Shown here: piece after piece, positions 19,631-29,624 of the stretch
Layout: the number at the start of each line of letters is the position of its first letter
How positions within the stretch are numbered: the stretch's first letter is position 1
DNA from: an uncultured bacterium
Lineage (GTDB): Bacteria; Verrucomicrobiota; Verrucomicrobiia; Verrucomicrobiales; DEV007
DNA: 64,000 nt
Assembly: GCA_963977015.1 (NCBI GenBank)
Contig: CAXBMO010000007.1
Location: 128,001 to 192,000, forward strand
Direction: 5' to 3'
The notes under the pieces: generated by a model
Seen by the model: only the letters and a program-made list of their open reading frames with translations
Told to the model about the DNA's origin: nothing
Database searches by the model: none
Position numbers and translations under genes: made by a program

Positions 19631-20668
19631 ATGTCTACCACACCCGTCGCCATCGTTGGCGCCAGCGGATATTCCGGAGCGGAATTGCTGCGGTTGCTCA
19701 TCATGCATCCCAATGCGGAATTGGTTTGTGTGACGTCGCGCCAAGAGGCAGGACGCTCGCTGAGCCAGGTTTTTCCGCGTTTTCGAGCTTCGCGCTTCGA
19801 GGAATTGAAATTCGTGAGCCCGGAAATTGATCAAATCGTCGACTCGGGCGCCAAAGTCGTGTTTCTGGCCCTGCCCCACGGCGTCGCCTCGGACTTTGCC
19901 GTTCCGTTGCTCGATCGAGGTTTGCGGGTGATTGACTTGAGCGCCGATTTTCGCCTGAACAGCCCCGACGTTTACAAGGAATTCTACGATCACGAACATC
20001 CGGCTCCCAGCCTCTTGGAAAAGTCGGTCTACGGCCTGCCGGAATTCTACAGCGAACAGATCAGGACAGCCGACCTGGTAGCATCGCCAGGTTGCTACCC
20101 GACGAGCATTCTGGTTCCACTTCTCCCGCTTTTAGGCGCAAACCTGATCGAAACAGAAGGCATCGTTGCCGCAAGCATGAGTGGAGTCAGCGGGGCCGGC
20201 AAAACCCTCAAGCAGCCCTTTCTCTTCAGCGAATGCAACGAAAGCGCCCGCGCCTATGGAGCTCCCAAACACCGCCACTTGAGCGAAATCGAGCAGGAAC
20301 TCAGTCTCGCCGCCAAATCGCAGGTGACGATCACCTTCATTCCTCACCTCATTCCAGTCACGGCCGGAATCTGCTCCAGCATTTCCGCCGCCACCTCATC
20401 CACTCTTGACCAGATCACCGCAGCCTATGAGGAGGCTTACGGAAACGCACCTTTCATTCGCCGGCTCGGCCCCGGACAATTCGCCGACACCAAAAACGTC
20501 GTTGGAACCAATTTCGTCGATCTCGGATGGCATCTCGATGAACGAACGAACCGGGTTCTGCTTTCCAGCGCCGAAGATAACCTCGGCAAGGGCGCCGCAA
20601 GTCAGGCGGTGCAAAGCTTCAACCTTATGTTTGGTCACGAACCAACCAGCGGCTTGCTCAACTTCTAG
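19631..20668 (+). CDS. argC: N-acetyl-gamma-glutamyl-phosphate reductase
   Basis: IVGASGYSGAEL, FLALPHG, IDLSADFRL, PGCYPT, SGVSGAG, DNLGKGAA. Confidence 0.97.
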   Translation: MSTTPVAIVGASGYSGAELLRLLIMHPNAELVCVTSRQEAGRSLSQVFPRFRASRFEELKFVSPEIDQIVDSGAKVVFLALPHGVASDFAVPLLDRGLRVIDLSADFRLNSPDVYKEFYDHEHPAPSLLEKSVYGLPEFYSEQIRTADLVASPGCYPTSILVPLLPLLGANLIETEGIVAASMSGVSGAGKTLKQPFLFSECNESARAYGAPKHRHLSEIEQELSLAAKSQVTITFIPHLIPVTAGICSSISAATSSTLDQITAAYEEAYGNAPFIRRLGPGQFADTKNVVGTNFVDLGWHLDERTNRVLLSSAEDNLGKGAASQAVQSFNLMFGHEPTSGLLNF

Positions 20669-21744
20669 AGGCGTTCGGGAAACAGGCCCTTCACACCTTC
20701 CTCGCTCGCGTCGCAAACGCCACGCTCGGTAATCAACCCGGTCACCAGCCGCGCGGGAGTGACGTCAAAGGCGAAGTTTGCCGCATCGGATTGCTCCGGC
20801 AAAATCCGGACGGTGGCAACCCTGCCCTCTTCGTCAACTCCTTCCATTTCTCTCACTTCTTCGCCTCCCCGTTGTTCGATCGGAATGTCTCGAACGCCGT
20901 CTTTGGTCTCCCAATCGAACGTCGAAGAAGGGAGCGCGACATAAAACGGGACGCCATTGTCGTTCGCGGCGAGCGCCTTGAGATAAGTCCCGATCTTGTT
21001 CGCAACATCGCCGGTATGCGTCGTTCGATCCGTTCCCGTGATCACGAGGTCAACCTGTCCATGCTGCATGAGGTGACCGCCAACATTGTCAGCGATCACG
21101 GTGTGAGGGACGCCATGCTGCCCCAACTCCCAAGCGGTCAGGCGTGCTCCCTGATTTCGAGGCCGGGTCTCATCCACCCAAACATGAACGGGAATCCCCG
21201 CATCGTGAGCTGCATAAATCGGGGCCGTCGCGGAACCATGATCGACAAAGGCGAGCCATCCCGCATTGCAATGCGTCAGAATGTTCACCGGCTTACCGGG
21301 CTTGGTCGCCGCAATTCCCTCAATCAGCGGCAAACCGTGTAACCCGATTTGTCGGCACGCTTCAGCGTCTTCATCAGCAATCGTCATCGCCGTCTCCCGG
21401 GCCGGAATTCCTTTCTCAATCGCCGCAAGCTGTCGCTCGACGGCCCAACGCAGATTGATCGCGGTCGGACGAGTCGCGATCAGCTCATCCCCTAGTTCGC
21501 GAAGGCGGTCCGCATCCCCTCCGGCTTCTTTTTCGGCGAAAACCATTCCCCATCCAGCGGTTGCGCCGATCAACCCGGCTCCGCGGACATGCATGTCTCG
21601 AATCGCCGTCGCAACATCGGACACCGAGGTCAAATCCTCGATAACGAACGCAAAGGGAAGCTTCCGTTGGTCGATGATCTGGACAATGCCATCGTCCTCA
21701 GGATGAGGCCAAATCGTGCGATAAGGTTTTCCGTCAACAAGCAT
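20665..21744 (-). CDS. mtnA: S-methyl-5-thioribose-1-phosphate isomerase
   Basis: DQRKLP, MHVRGA, TRPTAINL, LTHCNAGWLA, DETRPRNQGARLTAWEL, ANKIGTY, FDVTP. Confidence 0.96.
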   Translation of the reverse strand: MLVDGKPYRTIWPHPEDDGIVQIIDQRKLPFAFVIEDLTSVSDVATAIRDMHVRGAGLIGATAGWGMVFAEKEAGGDADRLRELGDELIATRPTAINLRWAVERQLAAIEKGIPARETAMTIADEDAEACRQIGLHGLPLIEGIAATKPGKPVNILTHCNAGWLAFVDHGSATAPIYAAHDAGIPVHVWVDETRPRNQGARLTAWELGQHGVPHTVIADNVGGHLMQHGQVDLVITGTDRTTHTGDVANKIGTYLKALAANDNGVPFYVALPSSTFDWETKDGVRDIPIEQRGGEEVREMEGVDEEGRVATVRILPEQSDAANFAFDVTPARLVTGLITERGVCDASEEGVKGLFPERL

Positions 21745-21752
21745 CGGTCGAA

Positions 21753-24700
21753 TTAGTGTCCCGCTGCCGGTTTCGCCTTTTGCGCTTCGAGAAAGGCGAC
21801 TAAATCACGCAATTCGCGTTTGCTGAGGAGAATCCCCATTGGCGGCATGGCCGACATGGGCGGGTTCATGGAGAGAATCTCCGATTTCGAGATTTCCCGC
21901 GTTTCGTTCTCGCCGACCCGAATCACGATCTTGTCGTCCGTCTCCTCCAGCAAATTTCCTCCGCAACTCGTCCCATCCTTCAACATCGCCATGGTGAGAC
22001 CATAGCCAGGAACGATGTGAGCAGAGGGTGATACCAACGAGGTCAAGATGTAGTTCTTATCGCCACGCTTGCCCATATCACTCAAATCAGGACCGGCGAT
22101 TCCACCGGTTGGACCGATCTTGTGACATTTGTTGCACTGCCCGGCGGCGTGAGTCGCAAAGAGCGTTTCCCCGCGCTCGATATCCCCACCTTCGAGACAT
22201 TCGCGAAATTTGCTGACCGGATCCGCCTCATCAAGGCTCGCCTTGTAGGCTTCGAGTTGCGAGCTCAAATCCGAACGACCTTCGGCGGCTTCGAGGAGTT
22301 CCAGTAGCGCGGCAAACGGATACTTCATCTTGGTCGCCTGCTCGATTGCATTGGCAAATTCGGCGGTGACCCGCAGGTCCTCGACCGGAGCCAACAGCTC
22401 GATCGCGTTTTGCCGGTCCAGATGGCTCTCCGCCCGGAGACGGTCGAGGGCCACAACGACCCCTTTCTCGGGTTCCAACTCCAGGAGAGCCTGGTTGGAC
22501 GCTGCGCGGATCTCGGGAGCGGGATCCTCCATCAATTGCTCGAGAATCTCGATCAAACCGGCTTCATTGCGCGCCTTGAGAACGTTGAGAGCCTCGATTC
22601 GCACTGAATTCCCGGCCTCTAGGTTGGTGAGCCGCGCCATCAGCACCTTGCTATCGACTTCAAGACCATGAGCGGCGGCCAGTCGAAGCGCCGTAGCCAA
22701 GACTTCGCCCGAAGCCGATAGAAAAACCTTGGGAAGCTCGGTCTTGGCCAGGTCGCTGATTTCCTCTCGCTTGGTCTCAACAGGAAGCACTCGAGCAATC
22801 GTCGGATCCACCACCCCGGGCTCTGCCCAGGATTCAAGCGCCTTGAGAGCATCGTTGCGGAGTTCTGCTGGCAGGGAACCCATCGCCCCATAAGCAAACA
22901 ACCGCGCCGCGGATTCCTCGTCTCCCAGTCGCCAATTTGCGTTGATCAATCGGGTATGCAGCATCCAATCAGCCGAAGTGGAAGTTGGAAACTCCTCTGC
23001 GTCCGTGATCTTGGCGGCGAGTTGGGGAACGGCCGCAACCAAATTCAAATCATTGATCGCCCGAATCGCCTCCGCCACGATTTTCGGTTCTGCGTCGTTG
23101 AGGTAGCGCGCAATTTCCGCGTCCTTCCAACGGCGCAAGACCAATGCCGAGGCGAGTCGCACCGACTTGGAATCGTGCTCTGCCAACGCCAGAACCGCGC
23201 CCCGATCTTTCATCATCGTGAGCGCCATGACGCCGGCGTGTCGCAAATAGGGGTCTGCATCGGCGTTCTCTTTGATCATCTCCACGATCCCGGGAAGGGC
23301 GGGTTTGTAGCTCAATCGTCCAAGCCCGATGGCGGCGAAGCTGCGGACCCGCGCGCTCTCATCCCGCAGCAAGTTCGTCAATGCCGGTCCTGCGCCTTTC
23401 GCCCGAAGATCGCCGAGCGTCTTGGCCGCCTGAGCCCTCACCTCCGCGTCCTCGTCCGTCAGGTAGGCTTCCAGAATCGTTGCTGGAGTAGGATCCTCGA
23501 CCTGAAACCACTTCCAATAGGCATCCCAGAATTCGCTGGTTTGCGGAGTTTGCCGCATGGTTTGCCCCAGACCCCAGATTCCGTGCAGGCGCTGGAGGAG
23601 ATTGTCCTGCTGATCGGCCGCGGCTTTGAACAGGGGCATCGCCTTCGCTCCCTGCTTGGCCAGTGCAAATTGCGCCTGGAGGCGAACCCGCATATCGGCG
23701 TGGCCGAGAAGTTCGCTCAAGGCCTCGGGGCTTTTGGTCGCCAGTTCCCCGGTCAACAAGGCCTTGGTTTCCTGAACCGCCGGGGATTGCGCCCGCTTTT
23801 CGTCGAACATGGTGTAGATGTTGCCCAGATCCTGCTTCACCCAGCCGTTGTTGTTGAAGCAGGAGATGTAGAGCTTCCCATCCGGGCCAAATTCCGCATC
23901 GGTCACGCCCATCCCGACCATCCATTCCTTCTTCCAGGTGCCGATTTCAAAACCGGCGCCCTTCGGATTCACGGAAAACATTTCCAAGTCGCCCTTGGCT
24001 CCACCGAAATTGCAAACCCAGAAGTGGTTCGCGTATTTCTCAGGCAACGCGGTGACGCCGTAGTTGTAAACCAAGCCACTGGGGCCCCAGCTCAGCGTCT
24101 CGATGGGAGGAAGCGTCCAGGCGGGCTGATCGTCGTTGCGCTTTTCCCAAATCCGCTCGTCCAGCCACATATTCAGCGCATAGCGCGACTTGGGATAAAA
24201 CGGCGTCCGCAGCTTGAGCGGCTTGTGGAAGTTCAACAACGCCTGGTGCCCCGCGTCCCAGCCTGAATCTCCACCTTCGAGAAGGTAAACCAGACGCCCG
24301 GTGTCTTTCGCGTCGGCATCGTTGTCGCAGGTGAACAGGTTTCCGTGAGCATCGAAGGCCAACTCCTGCGGATTCCGCAGTCCCAGGTAATACACCTCCA
24401 CGTTGCTTCCATCCGGCTCGCAACGAAACACGGCCCCTTCCGTTGGCTCGCTATAGGTTTTGCCTTCCTTGGTTGTGAAGGTGTAACCGCGATCTCCGAT
24501 CGACCAATAAAGCCGGCCATCCGGGCCAAAAATCGCGCCGTGCATGTCGTGTCCACTAATACTCATGCGGACACCGAATCCGTCCTGGATCGATTCGCGC
24601 TGCTCGGCTTTCCCGTCGCCATCGCCATCCGCCAACGCCCAGAGATGGGGAATATTCGTGTAGTAGAGCTTGCCGTCGCCATAAACCAGTCCGATGCCCG

Positions 24701-25157
24701 GCCCATCCAGCGGATCATCGAAGTCATCCGCCCAAATCGTGGATTCGTCCGCGCGTCCATCGCCATCCCGGTCTTTAACCAGGCGAATCGCGTCCGAAAA
24801 CTCGGTCCATCGCTCAAACGGGATGTAGCCGGTTTCGGAATGTTTGCGGTACATCGCGAGGCGATCTTCGCTCGTCACAATCGACAAATCGTCGATCAAC
24901 ATCGGGATGTGGTGGCGAATGTCTTCGACCCCGGCTCGCCAGCGATGAATCTCGCCAACAAACAGTCCCCCCTTGTCATCAAAGCAAATCGCCGAGGGGT
25001 TGATCACCTGTTCCTCGTCGGCAAACAATTCCACCTTTAGGTCCCCCTCCACCTTGAAGCTTTTGATTCGTTGCTCAGCCTCCTGGTCGAATTTGGGATT
25101 CTGGGCGAAGCCCAAAGGGGCAAGCAACAGGGCGATGAGGGCAAGGCAATACTTCAT
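21753..25157 (-). CDS. PVC-type heme-binding protein (propeller dehydrogenase-like domain + HEAT repeats + C-terminal cytochrome c)
   Basis: Signal peptide; GPDGRLY, GLRNPQELAFD propeller; HEAT repeats (VRAQAAKTLG); CNKCH followed by GPDLS and SAMP. Confidence 0.9.
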   Translation of the reverse strand: MKYCLALIALLLAPLGFAQNPKFDQEAEQRIKSFKVEGDLKVELFADEEQVINPSAICFDDKGGLFVGEIHRWRAGVEDIRHHIPMLIDDLSIVTSEDRLAMYRKHSETGYIPFERWTEFSDAIRLVKDRDGDGRADESTIWADDFDDPLDGPGIGLVYGDGKLYYTNIPHLWALADGDGDGKAEQRESIQDGFGVRMSISGHDMHGAIFGPDGRLYWSIGDRGYTFTTKEGKTYSEPTEGAVFRCEPDGSNVEVYYLGLRNPQELAFDAHGNLFTCDNDADAKDTGRLVYLLEGGDSGWDAGHQALLNFHKPLKLRTPFYPKSRYALNMWLDERIWEKRNDDQPAWTLPPIETLSWGPSGLVYNYGVTALPEKYANHFWVCNFGGAKGDLEMFSVNPKGAGFEIGTWKKEWMVGMGVTDAEFGPDGKLYISCFNNNGWVKQDLGNIYTMFDEKRAQSPAVQETKALLTGELATKSPEALSELLGHADMRVRLQAQFALAKQGAKAMPLFKAAADQQDNLLQRLHGIWGLGQTMRQTPQTSEFWDAYWKWFQVEDPTPATILEAYLTDEDAEVRAQAAKTLGDLRAKGAGPALTNLLRDESARVRSFAAIGLGRLSYKPALPGIVEMIKENADADPYLRHAGVMALTMMKDRGAVLALAEHDSKSVRLASALVLRRWKDAEIARYLNDAEPKIVAEAIRAINDLNLVAAVPQLAAKITDAEEFPTSTSADWMLHTRLINANWRLGDEESAARLFAYGAMGSLPAELRNDALKALESWAEPGVVDPTIARVLPVETKREEISDLAKTELPKVFLSASGEVLATALRLAAAHGLEVDSKVLMARLTNLEAGNSVRIEALNVLKARNEAGLIEILEQLMEDPAPEIRAASNQALLELEPEKGVVVALDRLRAESHLDRQNAIELLAPVEDLRVTAEFANAIEQATKMKYPFAALLELLEAAEGRSDLSSQLEAYKASLDEADPVSKFRECLEGGDIERGETLFATHAAGQCNKCHKIGPTGGIAGPDLSDMGKRGDKNYILTSLVSPSAHIVPGYGLTMAMLKDGTSCGGNLLEETDDKIVIRVGENETREISKSEILSMNPPMSAMPPMGILLSKRELRDLVAFLEAQKAKPAAGH

Positions 25158-25310
25158 AACAGGGGCGGTAAAAATGGAACGAGTGCCTAATTCGTCAACT
25201 CCGTAAATCCAGCCACTTTCTGGCTGTTTACTCCGGGTAGGTTACGAAACGTCAACCATCAATCCGATGGGACTGATCTGACCTCTACGGCACCAACTCA
25301 ATCCGTGATT

Positions 25311-25859
25311 CTACTGTCCCGCCTCAACTTTGGCAGCAACCGGTTTTGCGTGGGCGGCACCACCCGTGTTGGTGGGGGCATATTTGGCGACGAGAAACGC
25401 GCCCGTTGCCGCCATGGCACAGCCAATGACGAAGGGAAGCGGCAGGGACTTGAGGCCGCCTTCCGGGGGATGAATGCTCATCGCCACAATCGTGTTCACG
25501 ACCGGTGCCCCGGCAAAAACGATCGGCATGACGGCCGCTGCAGACGCACCTTTGTAGATCGGAGCCGCCGCCCCCAATGCCAGGATCAGCGTAAATGCCC
25601 CCACGGCACCTGCGGAACCGGCAATCAGGCTCCACTTGATGCCCGCGCCGGTAAAGCTCCAGTCTGAGCCGCGGATTTTCAGCAAGGCAACGGTGACGAC
25701 GCCAATCAAGGCATAAGCGATACACACGTAGAGGAAGGCTTTGAGTCCTGCGTGGGGTGTTTCCGGTCCCATCGGCATGAGACCACGGCCCTTGTGAAGG
25801 ATGACGCCATAGACGCCCCAGGCAAGAAAGGTGAGAACAGCAAAGAGGATCCAGTTCAT
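25311..25859 (-). CDS. Multi-pass membrane protein (DMT/EamA-like)
   Basis: About five hydrophobic helices, WGVYG and VMPIVFAGAPVVN; start placed at MNWILF. Confidence 0.7.
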   Translation of the reverse strand: MNWILFAVLTFLAWGVYGVILHKGRGLMPMGPETPHAGLKAFLYVCIAYALIGVVTVALLKIRGSDWSFTGAGIKWSLIAGSAGAVGAFTLILALGAAAPIYKGASAAAVMPIVFAGAPVVNTIVAMSIHPPEGGLKSLPLPFVIGCAMAATGAFLVAKYAPTNTGGAAHAKPVAAKVEAGQ

Positions 25860-25964
25860 ACTACGCATCGGAAAATCGAAATTGAGTGACAGGGCAGAGC
25901 CCTTAGGGTTTGAGGCGTGACTTAGACTTGGTTTCATGGTTTAGCAAGTCACCGCACTTACGAC

Positions 25965-27119
25965 ATGAACGGCTATTTTGACTGCAATGCGACCACGCCG
26001 ATGTTTCCTGAAGTCGGGAAGCACTTCGCGGAAAAAGCCGCCACCACCTGGCACAACCCGTCCAGCCTATACCCCGCAGCAGCTCTCGCGAAACGGGAAC
26101 TGGAGGAGTGTCGGGAATGGCTCGCGGACTTTCTGGACCTTGAGGAACCCTCCCGCATCGTCTTCACCTCCGGGGCGACGGAATCCAACAACATCGTTTT
26201 CCGCAGCCTCCCGGCTCAGGCAAAAAATCGGGTGCTCGTCAGCGCAATTGAGCATCCCAGCGTGATGGAACCGGCGAAACGCCATGGCCCCGGTTTTTCC
26301 GAGATTCCAGTCGATGGCAACGGGAGAATCGACCTTGCCGCCCTGCAAACCTTTCTCGAATCGGAGAACGTGTCGCTCGTTTCGATCATGGCGGCCAACA
26401 ACGAGACCGGCGTCACTCAGCCTTGGGAAGAGATCTCCGCCTTGTGCCATCAATACGGGGTGCCGCTCCATTCCGACGCGACCCAATGGTTCGGAAAGCT
26501 TCCGGTCGGCAACCTCGGCTCGATCGACTGGCTGACGGGAAGCGCGCACAAGTTTGGCGGCCCGAAGGGAGTCGGCTTCCTCGTGATTCCGGTAGGATGC
26601 GAAATGTTGGGCGGCGCCCAAGCCGGCGGCCCCCAAGAGCAGCGGCTGCGTGGTGGCACCGAGAACGTTCCCGCGATTTCCGCGATGATTTGGGCGCTGA
26701 AGTATCTCGAACCCAGGATTCCAGCTTGCGAGACCAAGGCCCGCGATCGCGATGAATTCGAGACCCGGCTTGCGGGCATGCTTCCCGAAGTCCGGTTCAT
26801 TGGCCAGGGGGTGCCCCGGCTTTGGAACACCAGCATGCTCGTCGTTCCCCGGCACAACAATTTGAAGTGGCTGACTCGCCTGGCGGATCTCGGCTTTCAG
26901 GTATCCACGGGCAGCGCCTGCAGCTCCGGTCGCGGCAATCCCTCGCATGTGATGGAAGCTATGGGGCTGGATTTCACCGAAATGGGACGCGTTTTGCGGA
27001 TCAGCGGAGGATGGGATACTTCGGCGGACGACTGGAACGCACTGACCGCCGCGCTCGCCAAAACATGGAAGGACCTCGATTCATCCGGCGCGCCAACCCG
27101 AAAAAAAATCACTCTCTAG
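25965..27119 (+). CDS. Cysteine desulfurase (IscS/NifS group I)
   Basis: YFDCNATT, FTSGATESNN, ANNETG, HSDATQ, SAHKFGGPKG (PLP lysine), STGSACSS. Confidence 0.92.
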   Translation: MNGYFDCNATTPMFPEVGKHFAEKAATTWHNPSSLYPAAALAKRELEECREWLADFLDLEEPSRIVFTSGATESNNIVFRSLPAQAKNRVLVSAIEHPSVMEPAKRHGPGFSEIPVDGNGRIDLAALQTFLESENVSLVSIMAANNETGVTQPWEEISALCHQYGVPLHSDATQWFGKLPVGNLGSIDWLTGSAHKFGGPKGVGFLVIPVGCEMLGGAQAGGPQEQRLRGGTENVPAISAMIWALKYLEPRIPACETKARDRDEFETRLAGMLPEVRFIGQGVPRLWNTSMLVVPRHNNLKWLTRLADLGFQVSTGSACSSGRGNPSHVMEAMGLDFTEMGRVLRISGGWDTSADDWNALTAALAKTWKDLDSSGAPTRKKITL

Positions 27120-27167
27120 GCAAAAACGCCTTTCCATCGGCGCTCACTCCGCCTTCTTGCCTCCATC

Positions 27168-27380
27168 ATGACCAGAGACGAAGCCATCCAGCAAATCCAA
27201 GATGCGTGCACGGAAATGTCCAAGCTGATGATGAAGGTAACTCCAGCCGCGCAGCACTTGGACGACGAGGCGACTTCTTCCGCCGTCGTGAAAGCATCTT
27301 ACCAACTGACGATTGAGCTGGAGACGATCAAGAAACAGCTGATTCGCCTGCAAAAGCGCGATGACAGCGCGGAGTTGTAA
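27168..27380 (+). CDS. Small helical hypothetical protein
   Basis: 70-aa amphipathic ORF with typical codon use, co-oriented after the desulfurase. Confidence 0.65.
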   Translation: MTRDEAIQQIQDACTEMSKLMMKVTPAAQHLDDEATSSAVVKASYQLTIELETIKKQLIRLQKRDDSAEL

Positions 27381-27408
27381 AAGGAGAATCTCCAGTCTAC
27401 GCTGAGAA

Positions 27409-27588
27409 ATGGCTGACAAACAAAGGGAGGAGCCTCGCAAAGGCACCGTGGTTCCCGGATTCGCGTCTCTGGGGCTGAATGTCGTGGGAATCTCGGGAAT
27501 CTACCTCGCGCTTTGGCAGGGCGAACCGCTTGGATTGATCGGCTCGGCGCTCGCTTTCGGCATCATCATTTGGGTAGCTTTCAAGTAG
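27409..27588 (+). CDS. Small two-TM membrane protein (59 aa), absent from the ORF track
   Basis: Manual translation MADKQREEPRKGTVVPGFASLGLNVVGISGIYLALWQGEPLGLIGSALAFGIIIWVAFK*; fills the gap between two + strand genes. Confidence 0.6.
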   Translation: MADKQREEPRKGTVVPGFASLGLNVVGISGIYLALWQGEPLGLIGSALAFGIIIWVAFK

Positions 27589-27627
27589 CTGCGTTGCGTC
27601 GCCGTCAGATCGCGCTAGGGTGGGAAT

Positions 27628-28539
27628 GTGAAGTTTCTCGATTCCCACGTTCACATGGTTTCTCGGACGACCGAGGACTATCAACGGATGGCCGCCGCCG
27701 GCACCGTCGCTATCATTGAGCCCTCATTCTGGCAAGGGCAGCCGCGAACCAGCGCCGGAACCTTTAAGGACTATTACAATACGCTGATCGGCTTTGAGCG
27801 CTTTCGCGCCAGTCAATTTGGCATCAAGCATTATTGCACGATTGGCCTGAACCCGAAGGAGGCAAACAACGAGCGCCTTGCCGATGAGGTGATGGAGTTG
27901 CTGCCACTCTACATCTGCAAGGAAGGCGTCGTTGGAATTGGCGAAATCGGGTTCGACGATCAATCCAAGGCGGAAGAAAAGTATCTCCGGCTGCAGGCCG
28001 AACTGGCGTTGGAGGCGGATCTTCCCATCCAGATTCACACTCCCCACCGCGACAAGAAGACGGGCACCTCCCGAACCATGGACGTGCTCGAGGATGTGGG
28101 AATTTCACCGAGCAAGGTTGTGATCGATCACAACAACGAAGAAACGGTCAAGGAAGTGCTCGATCGCGGTTATTGGTGCGCCTTCACGATTTATCCTCAC
28201 ACCAAGCTCGGAAATGAACGGATGGTCGAGATCATGCGGGAATACGGAGCGGAGAAGATCATCATCGATAGCTCCGCCGATTGGGGAATCAGCGACGCCC
28301 TCGCCGTGCCTAAAACTGCTGCGTTGATGAATGAATGTGGGATTGAAATGAGCGCAATCGAGAAGGTGAGCTACGCGAATCCGTTGGAAGCCTATGGGCA
28401 AAGCGGCCAAATGCAGGAGTCCGATTGGAGCGCGGCTACCGGCGTTGATCCAACCGCCTTGTTCAATGGCAATACGCTGTTGCGCGGTGGAATGGATATC
28501 CAGGCTGCATTCGAAGGAGATTCCAAGCTGATTGTCTAA
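27628..28539 (+). CDS. TatD-family metallohydrolase, EboB-like
   Basis: DSHVHMVSRTTEDY, EPSFWQGQPR, GLNPKEANN, IHTPHRDK, DHNNEET, DSSADWG. Confidence 0.85.
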   Translation: MKFLDSHVHMVSRTTEDYQRMAAAGTVAIIEPSFWQGQPRTSAGTFKDYYNTLIGFERFRASQFGIKHYCTIGLNPKEANNERLADEVMELLPLYICKEGVVGIGEIGFDDQSKAEEKYLRLQAELALEADLPIQIHTPHRDKKTGTSRTMDVLEDVGISPSKVVIDHNNEETVKEVLDRGYWCAFTIYPHTKLGNERMVEIMREYGAEKIIIDSSADWGISDALAVPKTAALMNECGIEMSAIEKVSYANPLEAYGQSGQMQESDWSAATGVDPTALFNGNTLLRGGMDIQAAFEGDSKLIV

Positions 28540-28615
28540 CGTTGACGGAATTGCGGGTTGCAGTTAGAACAAAGCGGGTTGATTAACCGCCCACAATCGA
28601 ATCCCACCCAGCGAA

Positions 28616-29623
28616 ATGATCGAAAACGGACAGAGCAGCATGTCGATTGTCGGCACAGGCAGCTACACTCCCAAAAAAGTGCTGACCAATGCTGAATTGG
28701 AAAAAATGGTCGATACCTCCGACGATTGGATCACCAGCCGCACCGGAATTAAGGAACGCAGAATTGCCAATGCGGGAGAAGCGACGAGCCACTTGGCCGT
28801 TCGTGCCGCAGAAGCCGCTCTGGAAAATGCCGGAATTGGACCGGATGAACTGGACCTGATCATTGTTGCGACGGTCACGCCAGATACCTTTTTTCCCGCA
28901 ACCGCATGTTATGTCCAAAGCAAGCTCGGTGCGAAGAAAGCAAGCGCTTTTGACGTTTCTGCCGCCTGTGCCGGGTTTCTCTATGCACTCCAGATTTCGC
29001 GCAACTTTCTTAACAACAAGGGATGCGACAAAATCCTCATTATCGGCGCCGAAAAGCTCAGCAGCCTGACCAACTACGAAGACCGGAACACCTGTGTGCT
29101 CTTCGGGGATGGAGCTGGCGCAGCCGTTCTCGTCCGCAACGAACAGCAGGGCGATCGCCGTGGCAGAGTTCTATCTGCGGTGATGGGGAGCGACGGAGAT
29201 CAAACCGACATTCTCATCGTTCCCGGTGGTGGCTCGGCCATTCCAATTACGCCGGAGAATTGCGACAACCGTCTCAACACCATTAGCATGGTGGGCCGCG
29301 AGGTTTACAAATACGCGGTCAACGCGATGAAGAGGGCGTGTATGGAAGCACTGGAAGCCGCCGAGCTTACGGCGGAAGATGTGTCCATGGTGATTCCACA
29401 CCAGGCGAATCTCAGAATCATTGAAGCGATTGTCGATCGTCTGGGAATTCCGATGGAGAAAACCTTCATCAACTTGGACAAGTATGGCAACACGTCAGCT
29501 GCGGCGATTGCAATTGCCTTGGATGAGGCCAATCGCAGCGGAGCCATCAAAGAAGGCGACATCGTCCTTCTTGTCGCATTCGGCGCCGGTTTGACCTGGG
29601 CTGCCGCGGTGTTGGAATGGTGA
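28616..29623 (+). CDS. fabH: 3-oxoacyl-ACP synthase III
   Basis: DTSDDWITSRTGIKERR, AACAGF, LFGDGAGA, PHQANLRII, GNTSAA, FGAGLTW. Confidence 0.96.
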   Translation: MIENGQSSMSIVGTGSYTPKKVLTNAELEKMVDTSDDWITSRTGIKERRIANAGEATSHLAVRAAEAALENAGIGPDELDLIIVATVTPDTFFPATACYVQSKLGAKKASAFDVSAACAGFLYALQISRNFLNNKGCDKILIIGAEKLSSLTNYEDRNTCVLFGDGAGAAVLVRNEQQGDRRGRVLSAVMGSDGDQTDILIVPGGGSAIPITPENCDNRLNTISMVGREVYKYAVNAMKRACMEALEAAELTAEDVSMVIPHQANLRIIEAIVDRLGIPMEKTFINLDKYGNTSAAAIAIALDEANRSGAIKEGDIVLLVAFGAGLTWAAAVLEW

Positions 29624-29624
29624 G

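Noticed and set aside
25917-25951. gtgactt...aagtcac inverted repeat in the divergent spacer before the desulfurase
   Set aside because: Only 7 bp with a long spacer; could be chance
25965-27119. Cysteine desulfurase as a selenocysteine lyase linked to selB
   Set aside because: About 9 kb away in a separate transcription unit, with ordinary group I motifs
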